Positions 1 through 9,120 of a stretch of DNA of 64,000 nucleotides are shown here, piece by piece. Under the pieces are notes generated by a model. That model was not told the DNA's origin and did no database searches. It saw nothing but the letters and a program-made list of their open reading frames with translations. The stretch comes from an uncultured Gemmatimonadales bacterium. GTDB lineage: Bacteria; Gemmatimonadota; Gemmatimonadetes; Longimicrobiales; RSA9. Both the position numbers and the translations under genes were made by a program. The stretch spans positions 832,001 through 896,000 of the forward strand of contig CAWAMW010000002.1 in the NCBI GenBank assembly GCA_963783305.1, given 5' to 3'. Position 1 is the stretch's first letter. Every line of letters starts with the position of its first letter.

Positions 1-404
1 CCCGCCGCCAGGTCGCGTGCGGCGGCCAGCGCGGCCGCCAGGCCACCTTTCATGTCCGCGGACCCGCGGCCCCACAACCTCCCATCGCGCACCACCGGAT
101 CGTACGGCTCGATCCCCATGTCCTCGACACCCACGGTGTCGAGGTGCCCCGCCAGAAGGAGCGAGCGGCCGGGACCGCGCTCGAGCCGAGCGAGCACGCT
201 CGGCCGATCGGGCTCGAACTCCAGCAGCTCGACGTCGAATCCCCACTCCTCGAGCCAGCCAGCCGCCAGCCGCGCGATCCGAGACTCCCCCGGTGCGGTA
301 GCGGTCAGCGCGGGGTTCACCGAAGGCATCGCGATGAGCGCGCGAGCAAGACCCAGCGCGCCCTGCTGTACGCCCCCGGACTCCGGCTTCACATCATCCG
401 GCAT
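1..404 (-). CDS. M20 family metallopeptidase/deacylase (ArgE/DapE-like), N-terminal part; runs off the window edge
   Basis: Manual translation, not in ORF track: MPDDVKPESGG...LIAMPSVNP...LLLAGHLDTV...RLWGRGSADMKGG (M20 zinc motifs). GGAGAGGAG RBS upstream. Confidence 0.9.
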   Translation of the reverse strand, partial: MPDDVKPESGGVQQGALGLARALIAMPSVNPALTATAPGESRIARLAAGWLEEWGFDVELLEFEPDRPSVLARLERGPGRSLLLAGHLDTVGVEDMGIEPYDPVVRDGRLWGRGSADMKGGLAAALAAARDLAA

Positions 405-481
405 GGCATGCTCCTCTCCCGAGCACTATTCTTGACTTTCACCTTGCCGCCCCGCTCGAGCCGGGAGGAACTATTCGCACC

Positions 482-634
482 TTGAGTGTCAGTCTGGTCG
501 CAATGACCGCCATCTTCCTCAGCGTGTTCCTGGCCAGACATCGCCAGCCGCACAGCGCCGCGTCCGAAGTCCCCGACGAAGGGGTGGACCGGGCGGAGCT
601 TTCGCTGGAGGAACTGAGGCGGGCAGGCTTCTAG
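482..634 (+). CDS. Putative 50-aa small protein with hydrophobic N-terminus
   Basis: TTG start (or ATG at 503) after GGGAGGAA; (M)SVSLVAMTAIFLSVFLARHRQPH...LSLEELRRAGF; fills the gap between flanking genes. Below the ORF-track cutoff. Confidence 0.5.
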   Translation: MSVSLVAMTAIFLSVFLARHRQPHSAASEVPDEGVDRAELSLEELRRAGF

Positions 635-641
635 AGCCGGT

Positions 642-1127
642 TCAGCCGGAATCGTCATCGGAGGAGTGGTCGTGGACGATGGTCCAGCCGTCGCCCGACC
701 TCCGCAACACCAGCGAGAAGAGGCCGCTGGCGTTGGTCGCTCCCGTCTCGCGGTCGAAGAGCTCGTATCGACCCACGGCGACGGCCGCGTCGCTTCCTGT
801 GGTGCGGACATCGAGCAGGCGGAAGCGGAGACCGTCGGCGGGCATTCCCGTGCTCCAGTATCCGCGAACGTACCCCTCCCGAATCCGTTCCCTGCCCTGC
901 ACCAGCCCTGAAGCGCCGACGAACGTAGCATCCTCGGCGTAATCATCGAGGAAGCCATCCAGGTTCCCGCGCGTCCAGTCGGCCGCGGAGCCATGGAGCA
1001 TGGCCTCGATCTCGGTGGCGGCTGATCGGGGGGAGGGCGCGGCCGCCGCCGATGGGCCGCAGGCGGGGAGCAGGAGGGAAGCGGCGACGAGCGCCGCTCT
1101 AATCGAAGTGCTCGGCGTTCTTCTCAA
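642..1127 (-). CDS. NTF2-like/DUF4440 (SnoaL-like) lipoprotein
   Basis: Lipobox [19 protein letters not shown]...GLFSLVLRR...WTIVHDHSS. Start uncertain (overlaps the ferredoxin end). Confidence 0.8.
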   Translation of the reverse strand: MRRTPSTSIRAALVAASLLLPACGPSAAAAPSPRSAATEIEAMLHGSAADWTRGNLDGFLDDYAEDATFVGASGLVQGRERIREGYVRGYWSTGMPADGLRFRLLDVRTTGSDAAVAVGRYELFDRETGATNASGLFSLVLRRSGDGWTIVHDHSSDDDSG

Positions 1128-1332
1128 TATAGCTGGTCCACTCCGGGGGCACGTCTGTGTCGGGGAAGATGGCGGTCACCGGGCATTCCGGTTCACAGGC
1201 GCCGCAGTCGATGCACTCGTCCGGGTGGATATAGTACTGATCGTCCCCTTCGTAGATGCAGTCCACCGGACAGACCTCGACGCAACTCGCGTCCTTGGTG
1301 TCGATGCACGGTTCCGTAATCACATATGGCAT
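1099..1332 (-). CDS. Dicluster (7Fe-type) ferredoxin
   Basis: [26 protein letters not shown]...[13 protein letters not shown]. Confidence 0.97.
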   Translation of the reverse strand: MPYVITEPCIDTKDASCVEVCPVDCIYEGDDQYYIHPDECIDCGACEPECPVTAIFPDTDVPPEWTSYIEKNAEHFD

Positions 1333-1413
1333 TCAGCAGTCCTCCGACATTCATGCGTAGAGTGGGGAGCGAAATACTGCAAGAGCCGTCCCCCGCGTGC
1401 AAGCCCCCCTGCC

Positions 1414-2007
1414 TCAACGCTCCAGGAACCTGCGCTGGAAGATCGAGCACCACCATCCGAGTCGATCGCCGAGCCGGGTATCGGCGCGCGCGGCGACCGG
1501 GGCGTAGGCGGAGCAGGTGAGGGCGTGATAGTCCTCCCACTCCTCACGCGGTCGGAGGTGCAGGTGGCGGGCGTGATCGAGGCGCTCCGCGGAGACGACC
1601 ATGGCGTCGGCCGTGGTCAGCGCGAGCAGCGCCTCGAGCAGCCTGTCTCCTGCCACTCCGGGAAGCGGCATACGGGCCAGCGCGCGCGCGGCGTGCCCAC
1701 TGACCCGCTCGAGCGTACCCGGCGGTGTCGCCAGCGACGGGTCGCGGCTCTCCAGGAAGAGGGCCGTGATGAGCGTCGGAGCGTCCGCCACACGGCAGTC
1801 GTCCATGAGGATCAACGCCGTGCGCGCGTGGTGGAGGTAGTCGGGATGATGGTCATCGGAAATCCGCGCCCGCCGCGGCTCCATGGCGGTCCGGAAGGCC
1901 CGGTCGATGGCGGCTCGTTCAGCGGCGGGGATCCCCAACCGGCGGGCGGTGCGTTCGATGCGCCGTCCCATGGCCTCTGCCCGGTCTGCGCCGCGGGGCT
2001 CGGTCAA
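1414..2007 (-). CDS. Stand-alone RelA/SpoT-hydrolase-like (HD_4 fold) protein with degenerate active site
   Basis: DYLHHARTALIL...LITALFLES...VVSAERLDHARHL...YAPVAAR parallels RSH PYxxHPxxVAxIL / AALLHD / VKLADRLHNMR / YAPLAHR. Confidence 0.65.
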   Translation of the reverse strand: MTEPRGADRAEAMGRRIERTARRLGIPAAERAAIDRAFRTAMEPRRARISDDHHPDYLHHARTALILMDDCRVADAPTLITALFLESRDPSLATPPGTLERVSGHAARALARMPLPGVAGDRLLEALLALTTADAMVVSAERLDHARHLHLRPREEWEDYHALTCSAYAPVAARADTRLGDRLGWWCSIFQRRFLER

Positions 2008-2053
2008 GGCGGTCCCTGCGCCCGGTGTGGTGGCGTCCGTCCGTCCGATGGGG

Positions 2054-2608
2054 TCACGGACGCCAGGGCGTCTCCGGTACGTCCGCGCGGCGGTTCACGA
2101 GCCGGGCCAGGTCGAAGAGCAGGTCGGAGAGCCGGTTCAGGTATACGAGGATCGCGCCGTCGATCGCTGTTTCGGCAGCGAGCTCGACCACATGGCGCTC
2201 GGCGCGGCGGCAGACAGTGCGCGCGAGGTGCAGGGCGGCGCCGGCCTGGGAGCCGCCAGGCAGGATGAAGGAGCGGAGCGGCTCCAGCTCCTCCTCGGCT
2301 TCGTCGATCCATTGCTCGAACGCGGCGGCGCGGTCGTCCGGAAGTGGCGGGATGTGCTGGCGCGAGGCGGCGTTCATCGGCGTGGCCAGGTGGGCGCCCA
2401 GGGTGAACAGGTCGCCCTGCACGATGGTGAGCCGGTGCCGCACCTCTGTCTCCGACTCCGGCAGGCGGGCGATAGCCCAGCCGAGCGCGGCATTGAGCTC
2501 GTCCACCTCGCCGTAGGCGCGGACCCGCAGGTGCGACTTGCGGACTCTCCCTCCGCCGAACAGTCCCGTTTCTCCCTCATCTCCAGTGCGGGTGTAAATG
2601 CGGTTCAC
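2054..2608 (-). CDS. pduO: PduO-type ATP:cob(I)alamin adenosyltransferase
   Basis: RIYTRTGDEGETGL...AYGEVDELNA...FILPGG...RTVCRRAER...YLNRLSDLLF; GTG start overlaps the upstream stop. Confidence 0.95.
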   Translation of the reverse strand: MNRIYTRTGDEGETGLFGGGRVRKSHLRVRAYGEVDELNAALGWAIARLPESETEVRHRLTIVQGDLFTLGAHLATPMNAASRQHIPPLPDDRAAAFEQWIDEAEEELEPLRSFILPGGSQAGAALHLARTVCRRAERHVVELAAETAIDGAILVYLNRLSDLLFDLARLVNRRADVPETPWRP

Positions 2609-3528
2609 AGGGTACCGTCGCGTGTTGCGGGTCGGAGGATCTCGAGAGACGCCGCGCTGGCGTCCAGGCGCGCGGTCACGCCCACGGGCAGCGTCCAGTT
2701 CTCCCGCTCGTGCCCGAACGGGAGGCCGGCGAGGACCGGTACGCCCAGGGGCTCCAGCAGCTCGGCGATCACGTCCAGTACGGGCGGCTCGTCGTCGGGG
2801 AGTGGGTCGGGCGGCGAGAAGTCGCCCAGTGCCACGCCCGCGAGGTCGTCGAGCAGACCGGCCAGCCGGAGCTGCATCAGCATGCGGTCGATCCGGTAGG
2901 CCGGCTCTCCCACGTCTTCGAGGAACAGCAGGGCGCCCCGGGTGTCCGGCTGATAGCGCGTGCCGCATACGGCGGCCATGATCGCCAGGTTGCCGCCCAC
3001 GAGGGGCCCTTCGGCCACACCGGGGCTCAGCGTGACGGGCGCGCAGCCGTCGGGAAGCGGCAGCACGCCAGCAGGTCCGCTTCCCATGAGGAGGGAGCGG
3101 AATACCCGGTCGGTGGTGGCCGTGAAGTCGCGGTAACCGGAGTGGGGCCCGTGAAAGGAGACGAGCCCCAGTCGCAGCAGCTCCAGGTGAATCACGGTAT
3201 TGTCGCTGAACCCGATGAACGCGCGTGGCCGATCGAGCAGGGCTTCCAGATCGACATGCTCCAGCGTCCGCATGGTGCCGTAGCCGCCCCGGAGCGCCCA
3301 GATGGCGGCGGCGTCCGATCGGATGGCCGCCACGATATCCGCCGCACGCTCCTCATCGCGGCCCGCGAGGTAGCGGGTGCGGGCGCGGATGGCGGACCCC
3401 GGCATCGGCTCGAAGCCGAAGTCGTGGCAGCGGCGCAGCGCCGTCTCGATCGTTGCTTCCGTCACGGGTCCCGCGGGCGCGATGAGCGCGATGCGGTCGC
3501 CGGGCTTCAGCGTTGGCGGGAGGATCAC
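2605..3528 (-). CDS. ldcA: S66 family LD-carboxypeptidase
   Basis: PPTLKPGDRIALIAPAG, RGGYG, GFSDNT (Ser), LFLEDVGE (Glu), PFGH (His). Confidence 0.92.
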   Translation of the reverse strand: MILPPTLKPGDRIALIAPAGPVTEATIETALRRCHDFGFEPMPGSAIRARTRYLAGRDEERAADIVAAIRSDAAAIWALRGGYGTMRTLEHVDLEALLDRPRAFIGFSDNTVIHLELLRLGLVSFHGPHSGYRDFTATTDRVFRSLLMGSGPAGVLPLPDGCAPVTLSPGVAEGPLVGGNLAIMAAVCGTRYQPDTRGALLFLEDVGEPAYRIDRMLMQLRLAGLLDDLAGVALGDFSPPDPLPDDEPPVLDVIAELLEPLGVPVLAGLPFGHERENWTLPVGVTARLDASAASLEILRPATRDGTL

Positions 3529-3575
3529 GCCGCGAAGGTTGGCACGGCTCTGCTCGCGACGCCAGTCCGCACGGC

Positions 3576-5801
3576 TCAGAAGATGGCGTCCAGGTAGAGG
3601 TGGAGGCGCCACCGCTCGAATGGCTCCAGGGTGCGGGCCAGGTCCACCCGCACCAGTCCGTCGAGGAAGCTCGCGCCGATGCCGGTGGACACCGCTACGT
3701 CCTCGCGGCTCCATTGATCGAACTGTCCGGCCCACCCCGCATCAGAAAAGAGCGCCACGCGCGCCACAGGCAGCCGGGTGGCCAGCTCCGCCCGTGCCCT
3801 CACGTGGTCCCGGCCGTGGATCTCCCCGCCGGAGAACCCCCGCAGGGTGGTGGGACCTCCCAGGAACCAGTGCGACTGGACGGGTACGCCGGTGGCGCCG
3901 GTATCCGCGCTCACCGTGGTGCCAGCGCCTACCTCGATGCCGCCCATGAGGTCGGCTGGAAGGGGCGCAACCACGTGGAGCACCGCGCCGGGACGAAGGA
4001 AGGAGAAGGAGCCGGTCTCACCCGTCAGGTCGAGCGATGCGCCCCAGCGCCACGCCGTGGGGTCGAGACCGCGGGCCAGACCTACCCGGGCCGCTACGCC
4101 CAGCTGGTTGGCGGCCTGGGCCACGATGTTTTCGCGGAACTCGCGGGCGCCGCTTACCCGTGCCAGGCTGAAGTCCGCCTCACGGTCGACCGGGCGCTGC
4201 CGCTCCGCGTACACCCTCACGTCGTATCGGGCACTCCCGGGCTCCGGGTCCACTCTCAGCTCCACGCCGCTGGTCTGGAAGTACTGCCCCTCGTCGTGTC
4301 CGAGGACGAGTGCCGACAGGGAGTTACCCAGGGCGAACGGACGCACCGATGGGTCGACGGCCGCCAGGCGGTGGTATGCGGCCGTTCGCCACGTGCGACC
4401 CAGGCGCGGCACCTCCACGCCCAACTCCGCCCTCGGCTCCAGGTCCGCCGCTCCGAGGCGCGCGGTCAGATCCAGCCGCGCCCGGCCCAGATCCCAGTCC
4501 GCGCGAACGCCCGTGGAGAGCCCCTCCACGCGGTTGTAGCGCACCAGCTCGCGCCCGAGCGTCCAGGGTGGGGTGATCCGGGGGCGGCCCACCCGCCACG
4601 GGACCGCCGGCAGCGACCCGAGTTGATCGCCGAGCTCCCGCAGCTCCGCCTCCGACATGAGCACCTCGCCGGCGGAGTAAATGGACGGCGGGAGGCGCGG
4701 GCTGTCGAGGAGCGACGCGGTGTCGTCCGGAACGATGACCCGAACGCCGTGCTCGTATGGGCGCGGCTTGCTGTGCGGGTCACCGGCGAGCTGCCGGATC
4801 ACGGGAGGGAGCTCCGAAAGCCCGTACCGGTCGGCCGCCACGGTATAGTCCGAATAGAGGAGCTCGATATTGATCGGCATGCGTACGGGCCCGAGCTGGA
4901 CCCAGCCGTCGAACGCCATGAGGCGCGGCATCCACCACCGCATCTCCCAGAAACCGTACTCGACCGTGATATAGCGGACATCGAACCGGATCGGCTTGAG
5001 GAAGCCGGGGATATCGTCCAGGTCTTCGGCGTCCTCCGGTGCGATCTCCGGCAGGTCCCGCTCCAGGTCGAACTCCCGGGCGGGACGAAACACAGCGCGC
5101 ACAACGGCGTGGTTCTCGAGCTCGATCCAGAGCGACCCGGTGACCAGCCGAACGTGTCGCTCGCGCGGGGTGACCCGCAGCTCCACGAGTCGAAGCTCCC
5201 GGCCGTCGGGAAGCCGGATGGCCGTCGTATCACCGATCGCGTAGCGGTACGCCGCCTCGCCCCCCTCCACGAGCGGGTGCCAGGCGAAGCCGCCGCCCAC
5301 CGGGTTCACCCACAGCCGATCATCGCCGGGGCGCGGGAGGAACTCCTCGGCCCACGAGCTCAGGTCATCCGGGACCCTCACGCCGGAGAATGCCACGGGC
5401 ACCACCTCGCGGGCCCCCTGAACGGTCACCACGCTCGCCCGGTCTCGCCACCACTCCACGTGGCTCGCGGACTCCCGGCGGTAGAGGACACGGTCTCGCC
5501 GGAGCGCCTGCACGCCGACCGAGAAGCGCTGCCGGGTGTTGGCCGTGTAGTGGAAGACGGAGGCGTCGATGACTCCCCGCTGGCCGCGGGCCAGACGAAC
5601 GAGCTCCCTCGTCTCCGGATCGGCGAACGCCGTGGCCATGTCCGAGGAGTCGGGCTGCAGCGTGACCGTGTCCGCCCCTGCCCCGTCGGTGTCGATGCCC
5701 CGCCCGACGGACACACGAACGTCCTGAGCGGCCACGGCCGCGGGAGCAGCGGCGGCGAGAAGGATCGCGCTCAGAACGGCCTTCGGAATCGGGAGGTGCA
5801 T
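3576..5801 (-). CDS. Large outer-membrane beta-barrel protein
   Basis: Signal peptide MHLPIPKAVLSAILLAAAAPAAVAA; RYNRVEGL, FLGGPTTLRGF; C-terminal beta-signal LHLYLDAIF. Confidence 0.75.
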   Translation of the reverse strand: MHLPIPKAVLSAILLAAAAPAAVAAQDVRVSVGRGIDTDGAGADTVTLQPDSSDMATAFADPETRELVRLARGQRGVIDASVFHYTANTRQRFSVGVQALRRDRVLYRRESASHVEWWRDRASVVTVQGAREVVPVAFSGVRVPDDLSSWAEEFLPRPGDDRLWVNPVGGGFAWHPLVEGGEAAYRYAIGDTTAIRLPDGRELRLVELRVTPRERHVRLVTGSLWIELENHAVVRAVFRPAREFDLERDLPEIAPEDAEDLDDIPGFLKPIRFDVRYITVEYGFWEMRWWMPRLMAFDGWVQLGPVRMPINIELLYSDYTVAADRYGLSELPPVIRQLAGDPHSKPRPYEHGVRVIVPDDTASLLDSPRLPPSIYSAGEVLMSEAELRELGDQLGSLPAVPWRVGRPRITPPWTLGRELVRYNRVEGLSTGVRADWDLGRARLDLTARLGAADLEPRAELGVEVPRLGRTWRTAAYHRLAAVDPSVRPFALGNSLSALVLGHDEGQYFQTSGVELRVDPEPGSARYDVRVYAERQRPVDREADFSLARVSGAREFRENIVAQAANQLGVAARVGLARGLDPTAWRWGASLDLTGETGSFSFLRPGAVLHVVAPLPADLMGGIEVGAGTTVSADTGATGVPVQSHWFLGGPTTLRGFSGGEIHGRDHVRARAELATRLPVARVALFSDAGWAGQFDQWSREDVAVSTGIGASFLDGLVRVDLARTLEPFERWRLHLYLDAIF

Positions 5802-5934
5802 CGGTCGCCGTGGGTGACGGTTCATCCGGTCTGCACATACGGCGCGGAGCGCCCCCCGGTTTCGTCGAGGATGCTGGTCTCCGTCTTGCCGCGAATCTAT
5901 CTTGCGAAGATCACATCCACCGTTGGGAAGTGCC

Positions 5935-6336
5935 ATGGACGAGCGGGCGACGCGAGAGGAACTCAACCGGCGGTACTGGGAGTCTGACGAGTCGGTCTCC
6001 GGGATCGCCGATTCCCTGGACGTCTCCCGCCGCGCGCTGTACGACGCCATCGATCCACAGCCGGCTGACGCGGCGTGTCCCGCGTGTGGCGGGGCGCTGG
6101 GGTTCCGGAACCGGACCAGCGCCGAAAACCGGGAAGCGGAGTGCCAGGAGTGTGGGAACGAAGTCCGGCTCGACCGCGACCGGGGTGACGCAGAGCCCGT
6201 CGAGCAGGAGCGCGTGGTGGGATCGCTATCTCCCGTGCCGAGATCGACGCCCGGCAGCGGACCTGCGGCGGGTGTCATGCTGCTGCTGGGAATGGCTTTG
6301 GGCGCGGGCGCCGCGTACTTCTTCCGCCGCGCGTGA
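5935..6336 (+). CDS. Hypothetical protein: HTH-like segment, zinc ribbon and C-terminal membrane anchor
   Basis: SVSGIADSLDVSRRALY; CPACG...CQECG; VMLLLGMALGAGAAYFFRR. Confidence 0.7.
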   Translation: MDERATREELNRRYWESDESVSGIADSLDVSRRALYDAIDPQPADAACPACGGALGFRNRTSAENREAECQECGNEVRLDRDRGDAEPVEQERVVGSLSPVPRSTPGSGPAAGVMLLLGMALGAGAAYFFRRA

Positions 6337-6381
6337 TCGGCCGGGACGCGGCTCGTACGTGATCTCCGATCCGGGCGCCTC

Positions 6382-7701
6382 TTGACCGGAGAGGACCTTC
6401 CGCGCCTCCGGACGCCGATCCCGGGCCCGGGCTCCCGCCGACTGGGTGAGCGGCTGGCGCGAGTGGAGAGCCGGAACGTCACCCTCATCGACGAGCGAGG
6501 GCCCATCTTCTGGGAGAGCGCCTCGGGCGCCAACGTGCTGGACGTGGACGGCAACCTGTACGTGGACCTCACCGCCGGGTTCGGCGTAGCGGCGGCCGGG
6601 CACACGAACCCCGCGATCGCGGTGGCGGTGGCGGAGCAGGCGGCCCGACTGGTCCACGCCATGGGGGACGTGCACCCGGCGGAGGTGAAGGTGGCGCTCC
6701 TGGAGCGGCTGGCGGAGATCGCGCCCGGAGACCTCGGCGTGAGCATCCTGGGCGCCAATGGTGGCGATGCCGTGGAGGCCGCCCTCAAGACCGCGGTGAT
6801 GGCCACCGGCCGTCCCGGGGTGGTGGCCTTCGAGCACGGGTATCACGGCTTGGGGTACGGCGCACTGGGGGTCACCGGACTCCAGCGATTCCGGGCGCCG
6901 TTCGCCAGGCAGCTCTACCGGGGAGTCCGCTTCGCGCCCTTCCCCGTGGAGTCGGAGCCCGGCTCCGCGGAGCGGGCGCTCGATGCGGTGCGGCGAAGAA
7001 TCCTGGAATCGCCGTCCACCGACGAGCCGGTGGGCGCGGTGATCGTCGAGCCGATCCAGGGGAGAGCGGGGATCCGGGTGCCGCCAGCAGGATTCCTGGG
7101 CGCGCTTCGGGATCTGTGCACGGAGCTCGGAGTGATCCTGATCCTGGACGAGATCTATACGGGCCTCGGCCGGACCGGGCGCTGGTTCGCCTGCCAGTAC
7201 GAGGACGTGGTCCCCGACCTCCTGGTCATCGGCAAGTCTCTCGGCGGTGGGCTGCCGTTGAGCGCCGTGCTGGGCTCGCGGGAGGTGATGGACGGATGGC
7301 CGGGCTCGGAGGGTGAGGCCATCCACACCAGCACGTTCCTCGGGAACCCCGTCGCGTGCGCGGCCGCCCTGGCGCAGCTGCGGGTGATCGAGGAGCGGGG
7401 GCTGGTTCAGCGAGCCGAGCGCCTGGGCGGTCGCGTCGCGGATCGCCTGAACGCGTGGGTCGGGAGCCGGCCCTGGGCCGCCGCCCACCGGGGCCGGGGA
7501 CTGATGCGCGCGCTGGCGCTTGCCGGGCCGGAACCGGAGCAGCACGCGGCGGCCGCCGCCAGCGCGGCTCTGCGTCGTGGCGTAATCGTGCTCCCCGAGG
7601 GGGATGCGCTGGCACTCACGCCACCGCTCGTCATCACGGAGCGGCAGCTGGACCATTCGCTGGACGTGCTGGAGGAGGCGCTCAACGAGACCGGCGGTTA
7701 G
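6382..7701 (+). CDS. Class III PLP-dependent aminotransferase (GabT-like)
   Basis: DVDGNLYVDL, IVEPIQGRAG, LILDEIYTGLGRTG, IGKSLGGG, HTSTFLGNP. Confidence 0.93.
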   Translation: MTGEDLPRLRTPIPGPGSRRLGERLARVESRNVTLIDERGPIFWESASGANVLDVDGNLYVDLTAGFGVAAAGHTNPAIAVAVAEQAARLVHAMGDVHPAEVKVALLERLAEIAPGDLGVSILGANGGDAVEAALKTAVMATGRPGVVAFEHGYHGLGYGALGVTGLQRFRAPFARQLYRGVRFAPFPVESEPGSAERALDAVRRRILESPSTDEPVGAVIVEPIQGRAGIRVPPAGFLGALRDLCTELGVILILDEIYTGLGRTGRWFACQYEDVVPDLLVIGKSLGGGLPLSAVLGSREVMDGWPGSEGEAIHTSTFLGNPVACAAALAQLRVIEERGLVQRAERLGGRVADRLNAWVGSRPWAAAHRGRGLMRALALAGPEPEQHAAAAASAALRRGVIVLPEGDALALTPPLVITERQLDHSLDVLEEALNETGG

Positions 7702-7710
7702 CCCGGTCGT

Positions 7711-7989
7711 TCAATGCACGGCGTCGATGGTGCGGGCCAGATCGAAGTCCCGGCCGGTGAGACCGCCCTCGCTGTGGGTCGAAAGGGAGCAGGCCACACG
7801 ATCGAAGCGGATGTCGATGTCCGGGTGGTGGTCGGCCTTCTGTGCGACCTCCGCGATCCGATTGACGAAAGCGATCGCCTCGGGGAAGGTGTCGAGCGTA
7901 TACGTCTTTCGGATCACGTCCCCTTCACGGGTCCAGCCGCGGAGCTCATCCAGTCGTGTGCGGATCTCCTGGTCATCGAGCAATCTCAT
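7711..7989 (-). CDS. phhB: Pterin-4-alpha-carbinolamine dehydratase
   Basis: AIAFVNRIAEVAQKADHHPDI...LSTHSEGGLTGRDFDLA; GGAGG RBS before ATG at 7989. Confidence 0.95.
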   Translation of the reverse strand: MRLLDDQEIRTRLDELRGWTREGDVIRKTYTLDTFPEAIAFVNRIAEVAQKADHHPDIDIRFDRVACSLSTHSEGGLTGRDFDLARTIDAVH

Positions 7990-8121
7990 GCTGCCTCCGG
8001 ATAGGGACCTGCGGGGAACGGCTGCGTTCACGGCCCGCGAAGAGAGCAAGTCCGGAGCCGCGACCTCCAGGCGCTCCGGAACATTGCCTTTTCTCGGCGG
8101 CCCGACCACCTTACCCCACCC

Positions 8122-9093
8122 GTGACGGATTTGCTAATCACCGGCGCGACCGGCTTCGTCGGATCGCATCTCGTCGAAGCGCTGGCTCGTGGTGGTACCC
8201 GGGCCCGAGCGCTGGTGCGCCCGAGCAGTGACACCTCGCTGCTCGAGCGGCACGACATCACGCCGGTCATTGGCAGCCTCCAGGACGTAGACTCCCTCCG
8301 CCGTGCGCTGGGGGATGCCTCCGTCGTGGTTCACCTGGCGGCGGCGACCCGCGCCCTCACGGAGGCGGATTTCCATCGCGTGAACGCGCGCGGCACCGAG
8401 CGGCTGCTGGACGCGATGGAAGCGGATGGTGGGCGGCGGCGGATGGTGTACCTCAGCTCCCTGGCCGCGGTGGGCCCGACGCGGGGCCGCCCGGTGCGGC
8501 CGGACGATGACCCGCACCCGCTGACGCCGTACGGTAGGAGCAAGCTCGAGGGCGAGCGTGCGGCGCTCTCCCGGGAGGGCATGGACGTGGCGGTGCTGCG
8601 TCCGCCGGCGGTGTACGGCCCGCGGGACCGTGACCTGTTCACCTTCTTCAGGATGGCGCGATGGCATGTGCTGCCGACGGCGGGTCCTTCCGACCGGCCA
8701 ATGCAGCTCGTGTATGCGCCCGACCTGGCGGACGCGATCACGGCCGCGGCGGAACCCGGCGCGGCGACGGGGGTGTTCCACGTGGCCGAGCCGAGGGAGT
8801 ACCCGTGGTCGGAAGTGATCCGGCTGGTGGGCGCGGCCGTGGATCGCCGGACGGTGGTGGTGCGGGTGCCGGACGTGCTGGTGAAGGCGGCCGCGACGCT
8901 CACCGAGGCGCTGGCGCGGCGGGCGGGCAGAGCGGTTATCTTCGACCGCGCCAAGGCCCGGGAGCTACTCGCGCCCGGATGGACCTGTGAAACGGAATCT
9001 GCGCGGCTCGGACTCGGGTTCGAAGCGCCGACACCACTGGCGGAAGGTCTGGAGAAAACCGCACGGTGGTACAGGGCGAATGGCTGGCTTTGA
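8122..9093 (+). CDS. Extended SDR, NAD-dependent epimerase/dehydratase; candidate ceramide/3-ketosphinganine reductase (CerR-like)
   Basis: ITGATGFVG, YGRSK, LRPPAVYGP; first gene of the spt operon. The reductase role is inferred from context. Confidence 0.8.
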   Translation: MTDLLITGATGFVGSHLVEALARGGTRARALVRPSSDTSLLERHDITPVIGSLQDVDSLRRALGDASVVVHLAAATRALTEADFHRVNARGTERLLDAMEADGGRRRMVYLSSLAAVGPTRGRPVRPDDDPHPLTPYGRSKLEGERAALSREGMDVAVLRPPAVYGPRDRDLFTFFRMARWHVLPTAGPSDRPMQLVYAPDLADAITAAAEPGAATGVFHVAEPREYPWSEVIRLVGAAVDRRTVVVRVPDVLVKAAATLTEALARRAGRAVIFDRAKARELLAPGWTCETESARLGLGFEAPTPLAEGLEKTARWYRANGWL

Positions 9094-9120
9094 GTCGTTG
9101 GAGCGATAGCTGGGGGGTCG

